A DNA stretch of 63,742 nt, counting the filler, from Rhabdomonas costata (taxonomy: Eukaryota): NCBI GenBank assembly GCA_019059605.1. It is 46 parts of 46 records of this genome, joined end to end, with 100 filler letters (N's around TTAATTAATTAA, not from the genome) between each part and the next. Parts side by side here need not be neighbours in the genome. Positions count along the whole stretch, not along the records: positions 36,093 to 37,379 come from JAHMHO010020573.1; positions 37,480 to 38,768 come from JAHMHO010020574.1; positions 38,869 to 40,156 come from JAHMHO010020575.1; positions 40,257 to 41,543 come from JAHMHO010020576.1; positions 41,644 to 42,930 come from JAHMHO010020577.1; positions 43,031 to 44,315 come from JAHMHO010020578.1; positions 44,416 to 45,701 come from JAHMHO010020579.1; positions 45,802 to 47,088 come from JAHMHO010020580.1; 38 more parts are not named here. One strand, given 5' to 3'. The notes beneath the pieces are model-generated. The model was not told the DNA's origin, made no database searches, and was given only the letters and a program-made list of their open reading frames with translations. Positions within the stretch are counted from its first letter, which is position 1. The number at the start of each line of letters is the position of its first letter. Positions 37,103 through 49,962 of the stretch are shown here, piece after piece. The position numbers and the translations under genes are program-made.

Positions 37103-37617
37103 GTATCTCACATTTTCTACATAGCCTTCACATCTTAATGAACAACAAGGGGTCAACTGAACAAACATTTACGCTGCGCTACTTCGTTGAATTCTTCCCG
37201 AGATACCTCACCGGATCAATTTTCCCCTTGTGACTTTGCGGACCAAGACAATCCCCGCAGCACATCATGTAGTTCCAATTTCCAATTTTTTGTGTCGTGA
37301 AAACGCGCGTTCCGCAGAAAAGCGCACGAATCCTAACATCACCAGCTCAACTTCCACGAGCCTTTTGACCTTCCACACANNNNNNNNNNNNNNNNNNNNN
37401 NNNNNNNNNNNNNNNNNNNNNNNTTAATTAATTAANNNNNNNNNNNNNNNNNNNNNNNNNNNNNNNNNNNNNNNNNNNNGGTTTGTTATGTGTTTAGTTC
37501 ATTCCTGCTATCTCTCTCGCGTTTCCTTTGTTTGTTTTTTGTGTTGCACTCTTCCCGAACTCTTGTGCCTGTGCCGCAGTATAACCCTCTAAAACTAATA
37601 AACAGCAGGAGCCACAC

Positions 37618-37799
37618 CAGGGTCGAAGCATGAGAAAACAATCTTTCGGCCAGCCCGAAGACTCGCAGGCAGGTCAAAGATGACGCGCAAGATATCATCC
37701 ACGTAGCGGTTCAGGTCATAGGCAGGCGGGCAATCCTCCAGAAGACAACGGTGCCTGACATCCACGGGGTACTTAATCTCCACGTTAAACCCAAGAGAT
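37618..37799 (-). CDS. Glycerophosphodiester phosphodiesterase (GPCPD1/GDE1-like) exon
   Basis: SLGFNVEIKYP...DLNRYVDDILRVIFD...RKIVFSCFDP; CATAG acceptor, G|GTGTGG donor. Confidence 0.85.
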
Positions 37800-39109
37800 C
37801 TATGCGCGCACCAAACAGGGTGCAGTAAAAACGTAACAATCCGTGAAGTGGTCTGAGGACGCTACGACTGCCCAAAACGGAGCAACCATATCGGCAAACA
37901 AGGTTCTATGTCCACAACGCTGTACAACAAGAATTAACACAAGGAAGACAAAAAGGCTGAGTCACGTAACCTTTGACGCCCGAGTCAAAGTTAAGACGAC
38001 ATTTCGGGCGGGATCGAGGGATGGGCCCAAGTGCACCGAGCATTACACAAATGGCAAAACGTATAATTGATATGTTATCACTAACACGCTTCCAACAGAC
38101 GATACGCGGGCAACGACTTTTTTTTGGGGGGGGGGGGGGTGCGGAGCAGGCTAGTTCAGTATTTTTTTGCATGGTGGTGCGAGAACGGTTAGTGAGGTAT
38201 CTCCAACGCGATGTACCTCTTCCCACACGATCCGCAAACACGCGCAAAAGATAGCAGGAGAAAGGGGCAATACATTGGAAGATGCTCGAAGAGTTCACGC
38301 AGAGTGGGGAGTAGGGGCCCGCTTAAGAGCCGCAGTGCCGGGGGAAGCCCAAAACCTCGGCAACGGCTACGCTCTCGAGAACCCGAACGAGCAGCCAATA
38401 TCCGAATCTGAAGGATCACCCGAACCTCCTCCTCGTCTCGTTTCAAATCATGCAATAACCATGCGTCCGCAAATGAGCTCCGGCTCGACCTTCCTTTTCA
38501 AGCAAGCAACTGATTACACCGTATTTTTGAAAGGAAACGCCGACACAGGCCTCGGTCTTTTTTTCTTTGCTGACAAACTTATGGGAAGCGGAAAATAGCA
38601 TATTCCCATCAGGCTTGACATAAAACCAGGAGAATAAAAAGACACTGACGTCTCTTGCCATTCCGAAATTTCGCCCCCTCCTATCCCCCCCCCCTCCAAC
38701 AGTCCCTGAATTGCTCCTCAGAAAACAGCTGAGATCTAACCCACCCAAACCTAAACACACGCAACACANNNNNNNNNNNNNNNNNNNNNNNNNNNNNNNN
38801 NNNNNNNNNNNNTTAATTAATTAANNNNNNNNNNNNNNNNNNNNNNNNNNNNNNNNNNNNNNNNNNNNTGTTTGTTGTAGAGCTAGTGGGTTTCGTTGTT
38901 GTTGTGAAGCTTTGGATATTGCTGTGAAACTACTACTGCTGAACTCCATGTGGGAGTTCCGAAGATTTACACGACTGGTTGCAGCACAGAGGACCGAGAT
39001 TTGGGATTGGGGCTTGCCAGCTCGGTGAAACTCCGCTTTTTGTGGGATTTGTAAGGGGAATCTACCAGCAAATATTTTTTCCAGCACTGCGTCAGGAACA
39101 CGGGGAACA

Positions 39110-39276
39110 CACCACGGTGAGGCTCGGGGAGGGCTTCCAGAAGGCGATCCTGCACCTCTGGATTCTCGAACAGAACAGGCCGGGCATACTGCGGGGCAAG
39201 CGTCCGCAGGAACTCCTCGAAGGTGCTGCAGTGGTGGACCAACTCCTCAGAAAACAGCCTGCCCGAAGCCAAAAGA
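39110..39276 (-). CDS. Internal exon, unknown protein
   Basis: Open GC3-rich frame LLASGRLFSEELVHHCSTFEEFLRTLAPQYARPVLFENPEVQDRLLEALPEPH, bounded by AG and GT. Borders approximate. Confidence 0.5.
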
Positions 39277-39922
39277 CTTGAGAAATTGCATACAGAAACA
39301 GAAGTATTGCTGCAGCTGTCAGCAAATCGTTCGAACGTCAGCGGGACTCATAATGGATAGAAAGTCAGAGTCCAGGAACAAGCAAACACGCAGCATGCAA
39401 ATGCAAGCAAACGGCGACGTTGTTTGGGGGGGTGTGTGTTATCTCAGTGTGGCATCTCAGGATCCTTCTATGAACTTTCTCGGAAAAACCCCAGTTCCCC
39501 AACCAAAACCTCATACTTCGAACGAGCTGGCGCCACCCCTGCGGAGACTACGGACGCTCCCGTAAGAAAACTACGGTTAGAATGCCGTTTCATCATTTCG
39601 CCAACTAATACAAAGGCATACACACCACCCAGAAAAAGGAGATCAACGACCAGCGGCAGCACTGCTAACCTGAGGGCATGAAAGGCGAACTGCCGCACGT
39701 GAGCAACAGCAAATGGGCGGCCCGCTGCACCAACGGATACGGGGCTCTCCATAACAGTGAACCCACCGCTGCCCTCAGAGCCTTCGCACAGACCCTCGGG
39801 CAGGACCCCTTGTAGTCGTGCTGGGCTGACCGCCTGAAGAAAAATACGGGAAGGTGAGACCGAAACGGACGCAACAGAAACCAGAAAGGTGCCGCCTGCC
39901 TCGCACGCGAGTCCGCTACTCT

Positions 39923-39949
39923 GCCGCCGCCGCCGCCGCCGCCGCCGCC
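39923..39949. repeat. (GCC)n microsatellite
   Basis: Direct reading of the sequence. Confidence 0.9.
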
Positions 39950-40833
39950 GAGACCCAAAACCGATGGGGGACGAAAAAAAAAAGTGACGAAAAGGAAATA
40001 CAACACGATTCAGTTGGGATCAAGGACAGGGGCTCAAAGTGGGGTTTTGAAGGCATTATGGATTAATGCACTGGACCGCTTGTTTGGTGATGCCGCACTT
40101 TTGAGCTGCTGCCAAACGAGCGGTCCAGTGCATTAATCCATAATGCCTTCAACCCCNNNNNNNNNNNNNNNNNNNNNNNNNNNNNNNNNNNNNNNNNNNN
40201 TTAATTAATTAANNNNNNNNNNNNNNNNNNNNNNNNNNNNNNNNNNNNNNNNNNNNGGGGTGTTGGAAGGATACAAAGCCGCCCCAGCAGCGCCATAGCA
40301 GGTTGCTCAGAGATGCGCACCTTCAAGGCAAAGGAGCACACAAGTAGCGAAAGAGGAGAGCTTCGAATTATATGAATAATATGGGGCATGAAATAGGGAG
40401 CGACGGGACGAGGTGGGATGATGTTGGCACTGTCGCTTTGCATGTCCTGCGAAGGCGGCAACAATGGAAGTTGCTTGTGGAGAACGATTTGCTGTAAAAA
40501 AAAGCCATTCTGCAAATGAATGGCATGACTTTTCTTTATACATACCCATTCCATGTTGTAATCTGTAAAACGCAACTGATGGGGGAGGGGGCGAACGTTT
40601 TTCCAGCCTTTCTGGGTCCATTACCTGCCGCACAGGCATCTCATTTAACAAGAGGCACCCCCCACCCCCGAAAAAATATGAAAACATCGCCCACATAGGG
40701 ACCGGTCTGAGAAGGAGAGAGAGAAACACTGGGAAGGGAGGAGGGTATTCCATCCATTGCCGCTATCTCACTTCACTGGCTGGACGGCAACGGGTGAACT
40801 GAGATAACGGCAATAGGTGTGGGTGTGGGGGAC

Positions 40834-40989
40834 CTGTGGGAAGGTCTCTCCGGGGCGCATCCGGGGAAACCGCAGCGGGAAACGGTCCACCAAAGCACCG
40901 TCGAGGTACACCCGGGCCTCGTCGCGGGCCAAGAGGTGCTTCCCACAGGAGTGGGCGAAGAGCAGGTGGTACCACCGCTGGGGCTCGAT
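40834..40989 (-). CDS. BEACH-domain protein (neurobeachin/NBEAL-like) LamG/ConA-like region, exon
   Basis: 52-codon phase-0 exon IEPQRWYHLLFAHSCGKHLLARDEARVYLDGALVDRFPLRFP matches the W.H....H......YxDG.L....L.P pattern. Confidence 0.7.
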
Positions 40990-42790
40990 CTGAAAAGCAG
41001 GGGCATCTCGGGTGAAAGAGATGAGGGGTCCGTCGATCTGGGGGAATCCTGCCTCCCTCCCTATACCACAAATTTCCACGACTCACAATCAGACAACAGC
41101 TCACAAACGAACCTCAACTGGGTGACTCAACTGAGCAGGTTGGTAAATTCAGAATCACCAAGGTCACTTGCGAGGCCTTTCCTCAACACGCGTGAATCAG
41201 GACCATTGGGCCCAGCGACAGCAGGGGTGCAGAAGAGAAAATAAATACCAACAACATCGTACATCAAAGACACATATCATCATATCCCGTTCAAGCTACG
41301 TAAAATTTACACAAGATCCCTCGTCCAGGTATTTCCCCTTCCCCTCCCCGGTATTTTTCAGCCTTTCAGTCATTGTGAACCCTAAGCACCTTCACGGTCC
41401 AAAAAGTAGCACCAGCACCAGCACCTTACATCCCTTCCGCAACGGTGTGGGCAAGTGATCGAGGGCGTGTCAGTCAGATACGTGCGAGGGGGAAGGACAC
41501 CAAAAGCGAATGGCTTACACACGGCTGCACTCCATCATATGGGNNNNNNNNNNNNNNNNNNNNNNNNNNNNNNNNNNNNNNNNNNNNTTAATTAATTAAN
41601 NNNNNNNNNNNNNNNNNNNNNNNNNNNNNNNNNNNNNNNNNNNGTGTTGCGTGTGTTTGGTTTTGTGGGGAAAGGGATAACTTGAAGATGTTCTTATACA
41701 CCAAATTGAGGTTGCGTCATGGCAGAGTTTGGAGGGTGGTAGTCGTGGGAACAACGAACAACCGCTAGCTTCGCCACGAGCTCCTTGTCCTTGCGGTGCC
41801 TCTCTATTCGGCTCTGGCGGTCCCCCACGCGAACTTCAACGAGGTTTCGGTATTCCTGCAGCCACGCAAAGGGGCACAGGACGACTGAATCTCAAAACTC
41901 CTGCTCCTCATCACGATGGCTATTTTCGGAGTCATCACATTCTTCATGTTTGCGCTTCTGCTTTGCTACGTCAATAAATATGCAATGTCTAGTAAAAAGC
42001 CCCAAAGCACAATAGCACATGCAAAGTTGGGAGGAGGAAGAACGGAAGATGGAAGAGGAGGAAAAGAGGAAAGAAGGAAGGAGAACACGAATGAAGAAGA
42101 AGAAAAGTAGAGAGGCAGCGCCAACATGATTGTGATCTCGCAATTCTCTGGCAATCCAGCAGAAGGGCACTGAGAGAATGACAGTCATGGCAGTGGCAAC
42201 CTTAGCGGCTTCACCACTCCTGCACTGAAAATCTGAATCACTGCCCAGTGCCCGGCTTTTAAGAGGCACGCAGATCGTTTTCAAGGGAATGATAACCACC
42301 ACCGCAACGACATACCCCGAGCTTGAAAGCCCAAGAGGCCGGAGCAAGGTCAACTTAAGTAGCCTCAAACGAAGCCCTCGGGGTGGGACAAAAAGTTGAG
42401 AAGTGCAGAACGCGGAGACAGATAAGATATGCCGGTTGGGGAGATACTTCATACCTCTTCCTTAACTAAACCCAAGAGCCGGCACTTCGTCATGTACCGC
42501 GTCAGAAGCTCCTGAGTGGCGAAGAAGGTTTACAGAAACAAAACTGCATCGGCTTAAGGGCACTTTATCCGCCAAATATGTCTCGAGACATACCCCTTAT
42601 GTCTGGACAAGGGGACTAGGTAGCGATGCACGCGTTCCCTAGGTGAGGTTCCAGGTCTCGCAGGGGGTTAAGTGGCGATGCACCTCTCTTCAAGAAATCC
42701 ACTCCGCGGTCCATGAGACTAGGTTCTTCACCTGGAGACATGGCGAGACGTAGTGTGTGTGGGTCTCTCTTCCCTCACAACACCACACGC

Positions 42791-42928
42791 CTTGGCCTCC
42801 ATGAGGTGGGAGAGGTGCTCTGTATCCACGACGCGAATCAGAAGGTCGCCACACAGGTAGGGCACCGCGAGGAACTTGAGATCCCCCGTGGGGACGTCGT
42901 CCAGCTCCTCGTTCTTCGAAAACACCAC
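42791..42928 (-). CDS. TAP42: TAP42/alpha4 (IGBP1) PP2A regulator, partial exon
   Basis: VFSKNEELDDVPTGDLKFLAVPYLCGDL..SHLMEAK vs IGBP1 LFSRNEDLEEIASTDLKYLLVPAFQGAL..DHLQRAR. The donor is AAG|GCGTGT or GC|GTGTGG. Confidence 0.85.
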
Positions 42929-43335
42929 ACNNNNNNNNNNNNNNNNNNNNNNNNNNNNNNNNNNNNNNNNNNNNTTAATTAATTAANNNNNNNNNNNNNN
43001 NNNNNNNNNNNNNNNNNNNNNNNNNNNNNNGGGGGGGGTGTCTGGGAAAAACCTGCGGCATTCTGTATCGATGTTGCGGGTGTGTTTGAACGAATCAAAC
43101 CTGCTTGTTGAGCACCGCGCACTCTAAACATGGCGCTTGGTCCTTGAGAGGGTGGAAGGCTCTGAGGCTCTTGCAGAAAGGGAAAAACTCTGCGCGTGCG
43201 AGGTTTGTTTTGCTTTTTTATATTTTCGGTGCAAATTGTCACCGCGCCAACTCTGTTTTCCAGCCCTGTTGAGCGCAACACAGGAAATCTGTGCGGGGGA
43301 GGATGGCCGGCAAGTTTATAATTGGTGTTGTGTAG

Positions 43336-43584
43336 GTCGCCTTGGCGGAAATCGACTCCTGCGGGGGCGAGGCAGCTGCCTCTCTTGCCCCGTCTGCCAG
43401 CATCACGGCTTCCCCAAAGCGGGGTACACCTTCCCTTCGCGAAACCCTCACCGAGGGCACGACCGGGGCGACTGTGGAGCCAGGGGAGAGGATGAACTCC
43501 GGCACGCTTGTGGCGCGCTTTCCGGCACACGTGTACGAGATCAAGCACGCCGCGGCCACCGCGGATGGCGAGTGGATGTACCAG
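43336..43584 (+). CDS. Exon, probable WD40-repeat protein
   Basis: TGTAG acceptor, 83 codons ending LVARFPAHVYEIKHAAATADGEWMYQ; probable donor CAG|GCTGGC. Confidence 0.6.
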
Positions 43585-44988
43585 GCTGGCGCTCAATCCC
43601 CGCCCACCGCCTCCCTTCCACTCCTCTGTCCGCCTAAAAACTCACTGAGGAGGAGTGAAGAGTGAGGAGTGGAGAGACACTGGTGCACACAAGTCACATA
43701 CTTATGGGGGGACACGCCGGTCGATCTGCAGGTCCCCCATATGGCCTTGCGTAAAGTCTGGGTCCGGTCTCTGTGTGTGGGCACTCGCGAATGCCGTTGC
43801 CAGAACTCTTTCTGTCTGTTAGTCTCCCTTCGCTCCCCCGGCGGCACTCCTTCCCGCCTGCTTGGCCAAGTCGCCGTGGTCCCTCCCTGGTTTCCGCTCC
43901 CCATTCTCTTCTTCACCCTCTTTCACAAATATCTGCAGCTCACCTCTTTAAAGCTCTATCGCATTTGCTGCATTTTTGCTGCTGCCGTCGCCGCCGCCGT
44001 TCTCCGCTCTCTCTCTCTCTCTCATCCTCTCGTACATAACCGCCCACTTCAACCACAGCCCCGGTACATCCATCATCTCGTCACCGGGCACCACGCACAT
44101 TCAGAAGCCGACCCATCCTCCGGTTTCAGATGCGAAGCATACCATGAAAAGTCGACACCTCCACCCCCACAGTCGCAAAGAACCCGACGAAGAGCGTCCA
44201 AGGCAGGCGGAGATGGTGATGATGACCCAACCACTCCGCGAGGGTCGAAACGACAGTCACTCCCAACGAGGCGGATCATTCGGCTGCTCAGTGTTCACTC
44301 CCTCCTTTCAACTCGNNNNNNNNNNNNNNNNNNNNNNNNNNNNNNNNNNNNNNNNNNNNTTAATTAATTAANNNNNNNNNNNNNNNNNNNNNNNNNNNNN
44401 NNNNNNNNNNNNNNNTTTTGTGAATAGAATGGATCGCCTTGCCATCGGTTGTGCAGACAATCTGGTACAATGCTTTTTTATCTGTGTTTCGGGATCCTTC
44501 CTTTATCCGAAGCCAATCTGCTGTGGAGCCTTATCCGAAGCCGAGGGTTTCAACTCATTTTTAGACTTTGCAAGACTGCATGCTGAGTAGAGCCTAGGAG
44601 TGCTTCATTTCGAGGACGTGCTGGTAGCTCAGGGGGAATACTTCGATTAACAGCTGGCCCTTCGCGGGCCAATCTCGGGTCTTTTTGAGCCCTTCTTGCC
44701 TTTGTATAGCCATGGAAGGCCACTTTGGGAACTCAGCAGGCCTGTGTATCTGCTTTCCGAAGTGCTTCTAAAAAGTAGAAAGAGCTGTGCCGAATCGTGT
44801 GGTCGAGGCTCGTAGCTGTGCTGAAAGAAACTGTCATATTCTCCGGGGTTGACACAGAGGGAAGGCCACCACAACAGAGCAGGGGTGCTTCGAGGCACCC
44901 CGCCGGTCCGCCGGTGAGCAGGTGAGCAGGGATGGGGTGGAAATTGGTTTTCCCCGCGGCACCATTGCTTCCCTCTTCCGGAACTCAG

Positions 44989-45168
44989 CGAATCAGTGCA
45001 CGCTCTCCGTGGCGGCGGGCTACTCCTACTCCGGCACGGGCTGTGCGGGGTCGCTGGCCGTCACGAGCTGCGGGGGCCTTAGCTGTGACACTGTGTCGTA
45101 CTACGGCGGAGTGGCCAAGGTGAGCTGCCAAGTGGACGGCGGGACGTTCGTGCTCAGCGGGTGCTCAG
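44989..45168 (+). CDS. Cys-rich extracellular module, symmetric phase 1-1 exon
   Basis: 180-nt exon (CTCAG acceptor, AG|GTCGGC donor): NQCTLSVAAGYSYSGTGCAGSLAVTSCGGLSCDTVSYYGGVAKVSCQVDGGTFVLSGCS, six Cys. Confidence 0.75.
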
Positions 45169-45801
45169 GTCGGCTCACGGCCTCTTTTCTTCGCTGACGT
45201 GCTCTGAGCATAGCTGCGCCCATCCTTGGCCCTATCTATCGCTTCCATAGGCGATCATTAATTGTTGATGTTTGGTTGGCATTGGTCTTTATCCCCTCTC
45301 CATTTACCTGGCCTCGCCATGGATAGAAACCACCTTGCCTTTTGCTACAACACGTAATGGCAGAGGAGCTTTTAAGGGGGGGAGGTTCAGCGGCTCTGCT
45401 TTTTTTTTGTGGCAAACGTGTGTTGCCTTGTTCCTAACACATGCCCACTTCCCAGATTTGCTTGACCATTGAAGTAAGTAATCCCTAAGGTAAATTACAT
45501 CCCGAAACATAAGCACATATCCGCTCCAGATCGTAACGGACGAGTTTCCAATTGAAGTTCTGGGAACGCTATGAAAATGGTGTCTATGGATAAAAACGTT
45601 TTATACGTTTTGCTGCTGCTGAGGCTAAAAAGCACCTGTTCTGCGTTATTATGTTACGAATATGAGTCTGGTACCAGTCTGATATTCGTAACACAAAAAC
45701 ANNNNNNNNNNNNNNNNNNNNNNNNNNNNNNNNNNNNNNNNNNNNTTAATTAATTAANNNNNNNNNNNNNNNNNNNNNNNNNNNNNNNNNNNNNNNNNNN
45801 N

Positions 45802-47088
45802 TTTGGTTTAGAAAAGTCTGCTCCTATGTGGTGCTGTGTCTGCGCTTGGCTTTGGAGTGGGCGGATTTTCTGACATCAAATCGGAACCATCTCAGAAGGT
45901 GTAATTAGATGAACCCGACCACTCTGAAATCAACCGTCCCATGAACTCTTTGGATTCAGTCTACTGCTGACGAACTCTGAAACTTACTTGCACTTTGTAG
46001 ATGATTATTTCACTCTGGCACCTCTGGAATCGATGCTGCCACGCGTCATCAATGACGCTGATCTTAAAATTTGAAGTACAATCTTTTCCTGGTGCGCCAT
46101 GGAATCAATCTGAACCATTTGCAATGGCAGCAGCACTGTTGATTTCAATCTATACCAGGACCAAAAGATCCATTCAATTCGTTACTGAATGCAAATACAT
46201 TAGCTGGTTATCACCTGCTTCATGTTTTTGTTGGTTCTTTTAGATTGCTTGTTGATCTGTGGATAGTACGGCGAGAATATTAGGCTACACAATACCTCGC
46301 TAAATAACTGACATGAATATGGAATCTAGATTGATCACAATACTCCTCGGTAAACCACGGTGTCTCACTACCTCCAACCAGAAAAACTTTGCAATGTAGT
46401 CGACATTCATTTTGTTATGGCATGGTATTAACACAATCATCTTTGTAGCCCAATCTGTAACTGTCAACATGCCATTTGCATGAAAACCAATGGCCTGGAT
46501 GCTTGGAAACAAAATCCAGGGGGTCTTTTTAGGCGAATCTCGTAAATTTCTTTTGACCTTCCACTTAGGCTCCTGAGCCCTAGCTATAGATTGCTGGTCA
46601 TGCTTAGTATGAGTGACCTCTTCCACGTCCAGTGTTGAAGAGACAACATCTGAAATCAACTCTGAAAGATACTCCGCACCATATGGGCTCGCTTCTCTAC
46701 TGAAACAAACGACATCCAGCAGCATGGACACCCGCGTCATTTGTGGTGTATCTCCCACCGTCCCCTGCTACTATGGAACCGGGGGCACAACAATGACTCT
46801 TTCCATGCTTGAGAGTTATGTGAAAGCTCTGGTACAACTTTCTCTGGCTCATATTCCATCAACCCTGTCGTTTAGCACTTAATTCTGAAAGAATATACTG
46901 CTGAAAGTGCCTGAATGTCATTAATTCTTCCGCCTCTCCAAACACTGACACACCTACGTTCCCAATCAATCTGTGGCTGTTCAAAAAACTCTTCAAAAGC
47001 TCACAGCCTATCACCACTTGAATTGCCTTCTGAATCACTCTCAGGAACAATTTAATCTGCCTGGTACCCTACGTTTCAAAAACACACC
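45802..47088 (-). mobile_element. Decayed Ty3/gypsy retrotransposon pol (integrase)
   Basis: MLTVTDWATKMIVLIPC..AKFFWLEVVRHRGLPRSIVINLDSIFMS matches gypsy integrase ILVVVDRxTKMxHFIP..AxLFxxxVVRxHGxPxSIVSDRDxxFxS. Many stops and indels around it. Confidence 0.85.
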
Positions 47089-47211
47089 NNNNNNNNNNNN
47101 NNNNNNNNNNNNNNNNNNNNNNNNNNNNNNNNTTAATTAATTAANNNNNNNNNNNNNNNNNNNNNNNNNNNNNNNNNNNNNNNNNNNNTTTTGTTGTTGG
47201 TGTGTTTGGTG

Positions 47212-48177
47212 TTGGGGTTCATCACGTACAGAGGGATGTGCTTCCCCAGCCTTTGGAGGGCCTTGCGAAGAACCTGAGTGGGGATTACAGGTAGCCAAGT
47301 CAAAGAGTAACCCGGCAGCTCGACATTGATTCTCTTAGCGACGACCCACTGGGCCCACACTTCGGGTTGTGCTCTGCAAACCTTCAGCAGGGTGGACTTT
47401 CCCGCTCCGGAGGGCCCCACGATCACCACCCCCATGCGCTGGTTCAGGGACTCGTACAGCTGCAGCACCTTGCTGAGCTGGCCATCCAGGACTTGCAGCT
47501 TCATCTCGGACAGGGTCTCCTTCACTGCGGCAATCAGCTCCTCGTACACGATATCTTCCACCTGGGCGCGCATACGTACGCGGGGGATGTGGATGGGTAT
47601 CATTTCCCAGGAAATCCACATACTAATGTCCAGGGACGGGTCGTTAAACTCTCATCATTCTGCACGTTCGGCGACTCTGGCCTCCCGAACCGATTCGGTT
47701 TTGTTTGTAAATAATCTTCTCTTTTAAAATCTCTTTGGAGTCTCCGAATCTGCACCAACTGTGAGGGTCATTCCTGAAATGAGAGAACTGAAATGGGGTT
47801 CGGATGAGATTCAGGAGTTTGAGAACAGGGCGACACATGGCGTTTGTAGCTCCAGAATTGGTGGGGAATAGACATCCTCGCGAAATACCGTCTCGGATAC
47901 CTTGAGTATAGCAAGGCATTCGATTGGAAACCACCGGTGGGACCTCTGTAAGGTGGGCGTATGTTCTCGAAAAATGTGCTCTTCGGGCTTTCCGTCCGGG
48001 GCTGCTGGTGCGTGCGTGCTTAGAGTAGTGAATGGGTAGTGAATGGGTAGTGAGCAAGCGAGTGACTGAGTGTGTGCGTGCATATGGGCTCGCACCGCCA
48101 CTCCAGGAAACACGTCCCGGATGAGGTCGATGAATCGCTTCGAGTCCTCGTGGGTGAGCTTGGACAGGGTGTTAATC
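47212..48177 (-). CDS. DYNC2H1: Cytoplasmic dynein 2 (IFT) heavy chain, AAA1-AAA2 region (3 exons)
   Basis: Exons 48177-48096, 47561-47382 and 47273-~47212 (GT-AG) give INTLSKLTHEDSKRFIDLIRDVFPG..QLYESLNQRMGVVIVGPSGAGKSTL..LRKAL..YVMNP. Confidence 0.93.
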
Positions 48178-48846
48178 CTGAGCAAGGCGATGGTCCATCA
48201 CCTCGAAACGAGGACTTCTCGTTTCCGCCCAGCTTGCGCACAAAGCCAATCATTTTCATGCAAACCACCTTGGGCCCGACAAGCTAACAGCTTTGACGGT
48301 CTCGCATATTTGCGAAGCCGTTGAGCGATTTGTTTCGCCCGAGAACGAAGGCACTTTCGCCTTTCGGCATTCCTCCTGTGCATGCACACCTGGCGGCCTT
48401 GATGATCAACCGGGACTCCCAATTAAACAGCTCGTCTTTCGACATCTTTGCAAGCGCGCCCTGACGAAAGGAAGANNNNNNNNNNNNNNNNNNNNNNNNN
48501 NNNNNNNNNNNNNNNNNNNTTAATTAATTAANNNNNNNNNNNNNNNNNNNNNNNNNNNNNNNNNNNNNNNNNNNNCCGGACTCTTAAGAACGCATGGAGT
48601 GGGGTCTTTTTGTTTGTGCATGCGTACTTAAAATGGCCCGGGTACTTCACTGGACCACTGGACTCGATACGATGAAGACATGAGTGGGATGGTTGAAATG
48701 GAAATGCGCATGTTCCTCTGGGTTTCGGGGAGTAATTATCCTTGTATGGTTAGCTTACCCTGTCACCTGATTTGGTTGAACGATTGTGCAACCGATGTAG
48801 CGTTCTTTCCAGCACCTCCTCCGAAACCGCCTCGACCGCCACTCAG

Positions 48847-48998
48847 GCAACGGCTCTGTGCTGGTCCACGACTTGCAGTCCGGGGAGTGCCTTTTCGGTC
48901 TGGGTGCCCACACCTCTGCGGTGCGGTGCCTGCGGGGCACCCCCACCGCGCTCATCACCGCTGGGGACGATGGCAAGGCCATGGTGTATGACTTCTGA
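48847..48998 (+). CDS. WD40-repeat protein, terminal exon
   Basis: CTCAG acceptor, then GNGSVLVHDLQSGECLFGLGAHTSAVRCLRGTPTALITAGDDGKAMVYDF*. Confidence 0.85.
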
Positions 48999-49962
48999 AG
49001 TTCGGCACCCGAAAAAGTTTGGAAGCATGCGCTTCATCAGAAACCACTTTCCATGAGCACCGTTTTGAGCAGTGGTCTCAGTGGCCTCACTTCGAAACGG
49101 GAGCGCCCAGGTGCTGCGCCGTGACTGCTGTTGGATGTCTCTGTATGCGCTCGTGGAGCGTGTGCAGAGCGATAACTCTGTCTGTACTGTAGTCGAATGG
49201 CCATTTTTCAATGTTGACACTCGGCTTGGTTGCTGTGAGGCTTTTTCGTTGCTTCGTTTTTGCGGGCTCGGGCCCCACATCTTGCGGCCACCACACCTTT
49301 CTGCAGGAGATGCGTTAACGCCGCACTACAAAGTCCTTCAATTTGGCGCAGCAACGTGCTCTCACATCATGGCTCTTCTTCAAAGAGGAAAGGGCTAATA
49401 GGGCCCTTTGGCCCAGACCGCACACCACACAGAAAGGGCTCACCCCGGGGTTATTCAGGGCGCGTTGGTGTGATGGTGGTGTTGGGTCGCTCCTGTGCTC
49501 GAGCCCTATTTTATATTGAAGGTCTTCTGCAATTCCCTGAGGCTTGGAGACAAGGTAGCCTTGTGACTGAGGTGGAGTCTCAGACGCAAACCAAGTATTA
49601 AGTAAGTAGTAGATCAGACCGTGACATAAGTACATTTACGCCGCCCCCCCCCCTCAACCCGCTCAAACCCGCACATGTCCAACCAATGAAAGCACCTTGG
49701 ATTTTAGGCCGCTCCGCTGCGCTGCCCAATACATCCTGGAAAGAGTCCAGAGGACCCGTGCCTCGCTACCTAACCCCCTGCAAGTTCCTCTTTTACAACC
49801 CAATGGGGCCCATGCATCGTCTCCTCAACCCCCTGCACTCTCAGGAAGGGGCACACAAAACCNNNNNNNNNNNNNNNNNNNNNNNNNNNNNNNNNNNNNN
49901 NNNNNNTTAATTAATTAANNNNNNNNNNNNNNNNNNNNNNNNNNNNNNNNNNNNNNNNNNNN

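Noticed and set aside
42608..42684. Two ~23-nt imperfect direct repeats (..GGGG..TA.GT.GCGATGCAC) with a 29-nt spacer, CRISPR-like
   Set aside because: Only two diverged units, in eukaryotic intronic DNA with no cas genes; more likely TE subterminal repeats.
44618..44680. tRNA or tRNA-SINE head (GTAGCTCAGGGGG)
   Set aside because: No T-loop/B-box and no cloverleaf.
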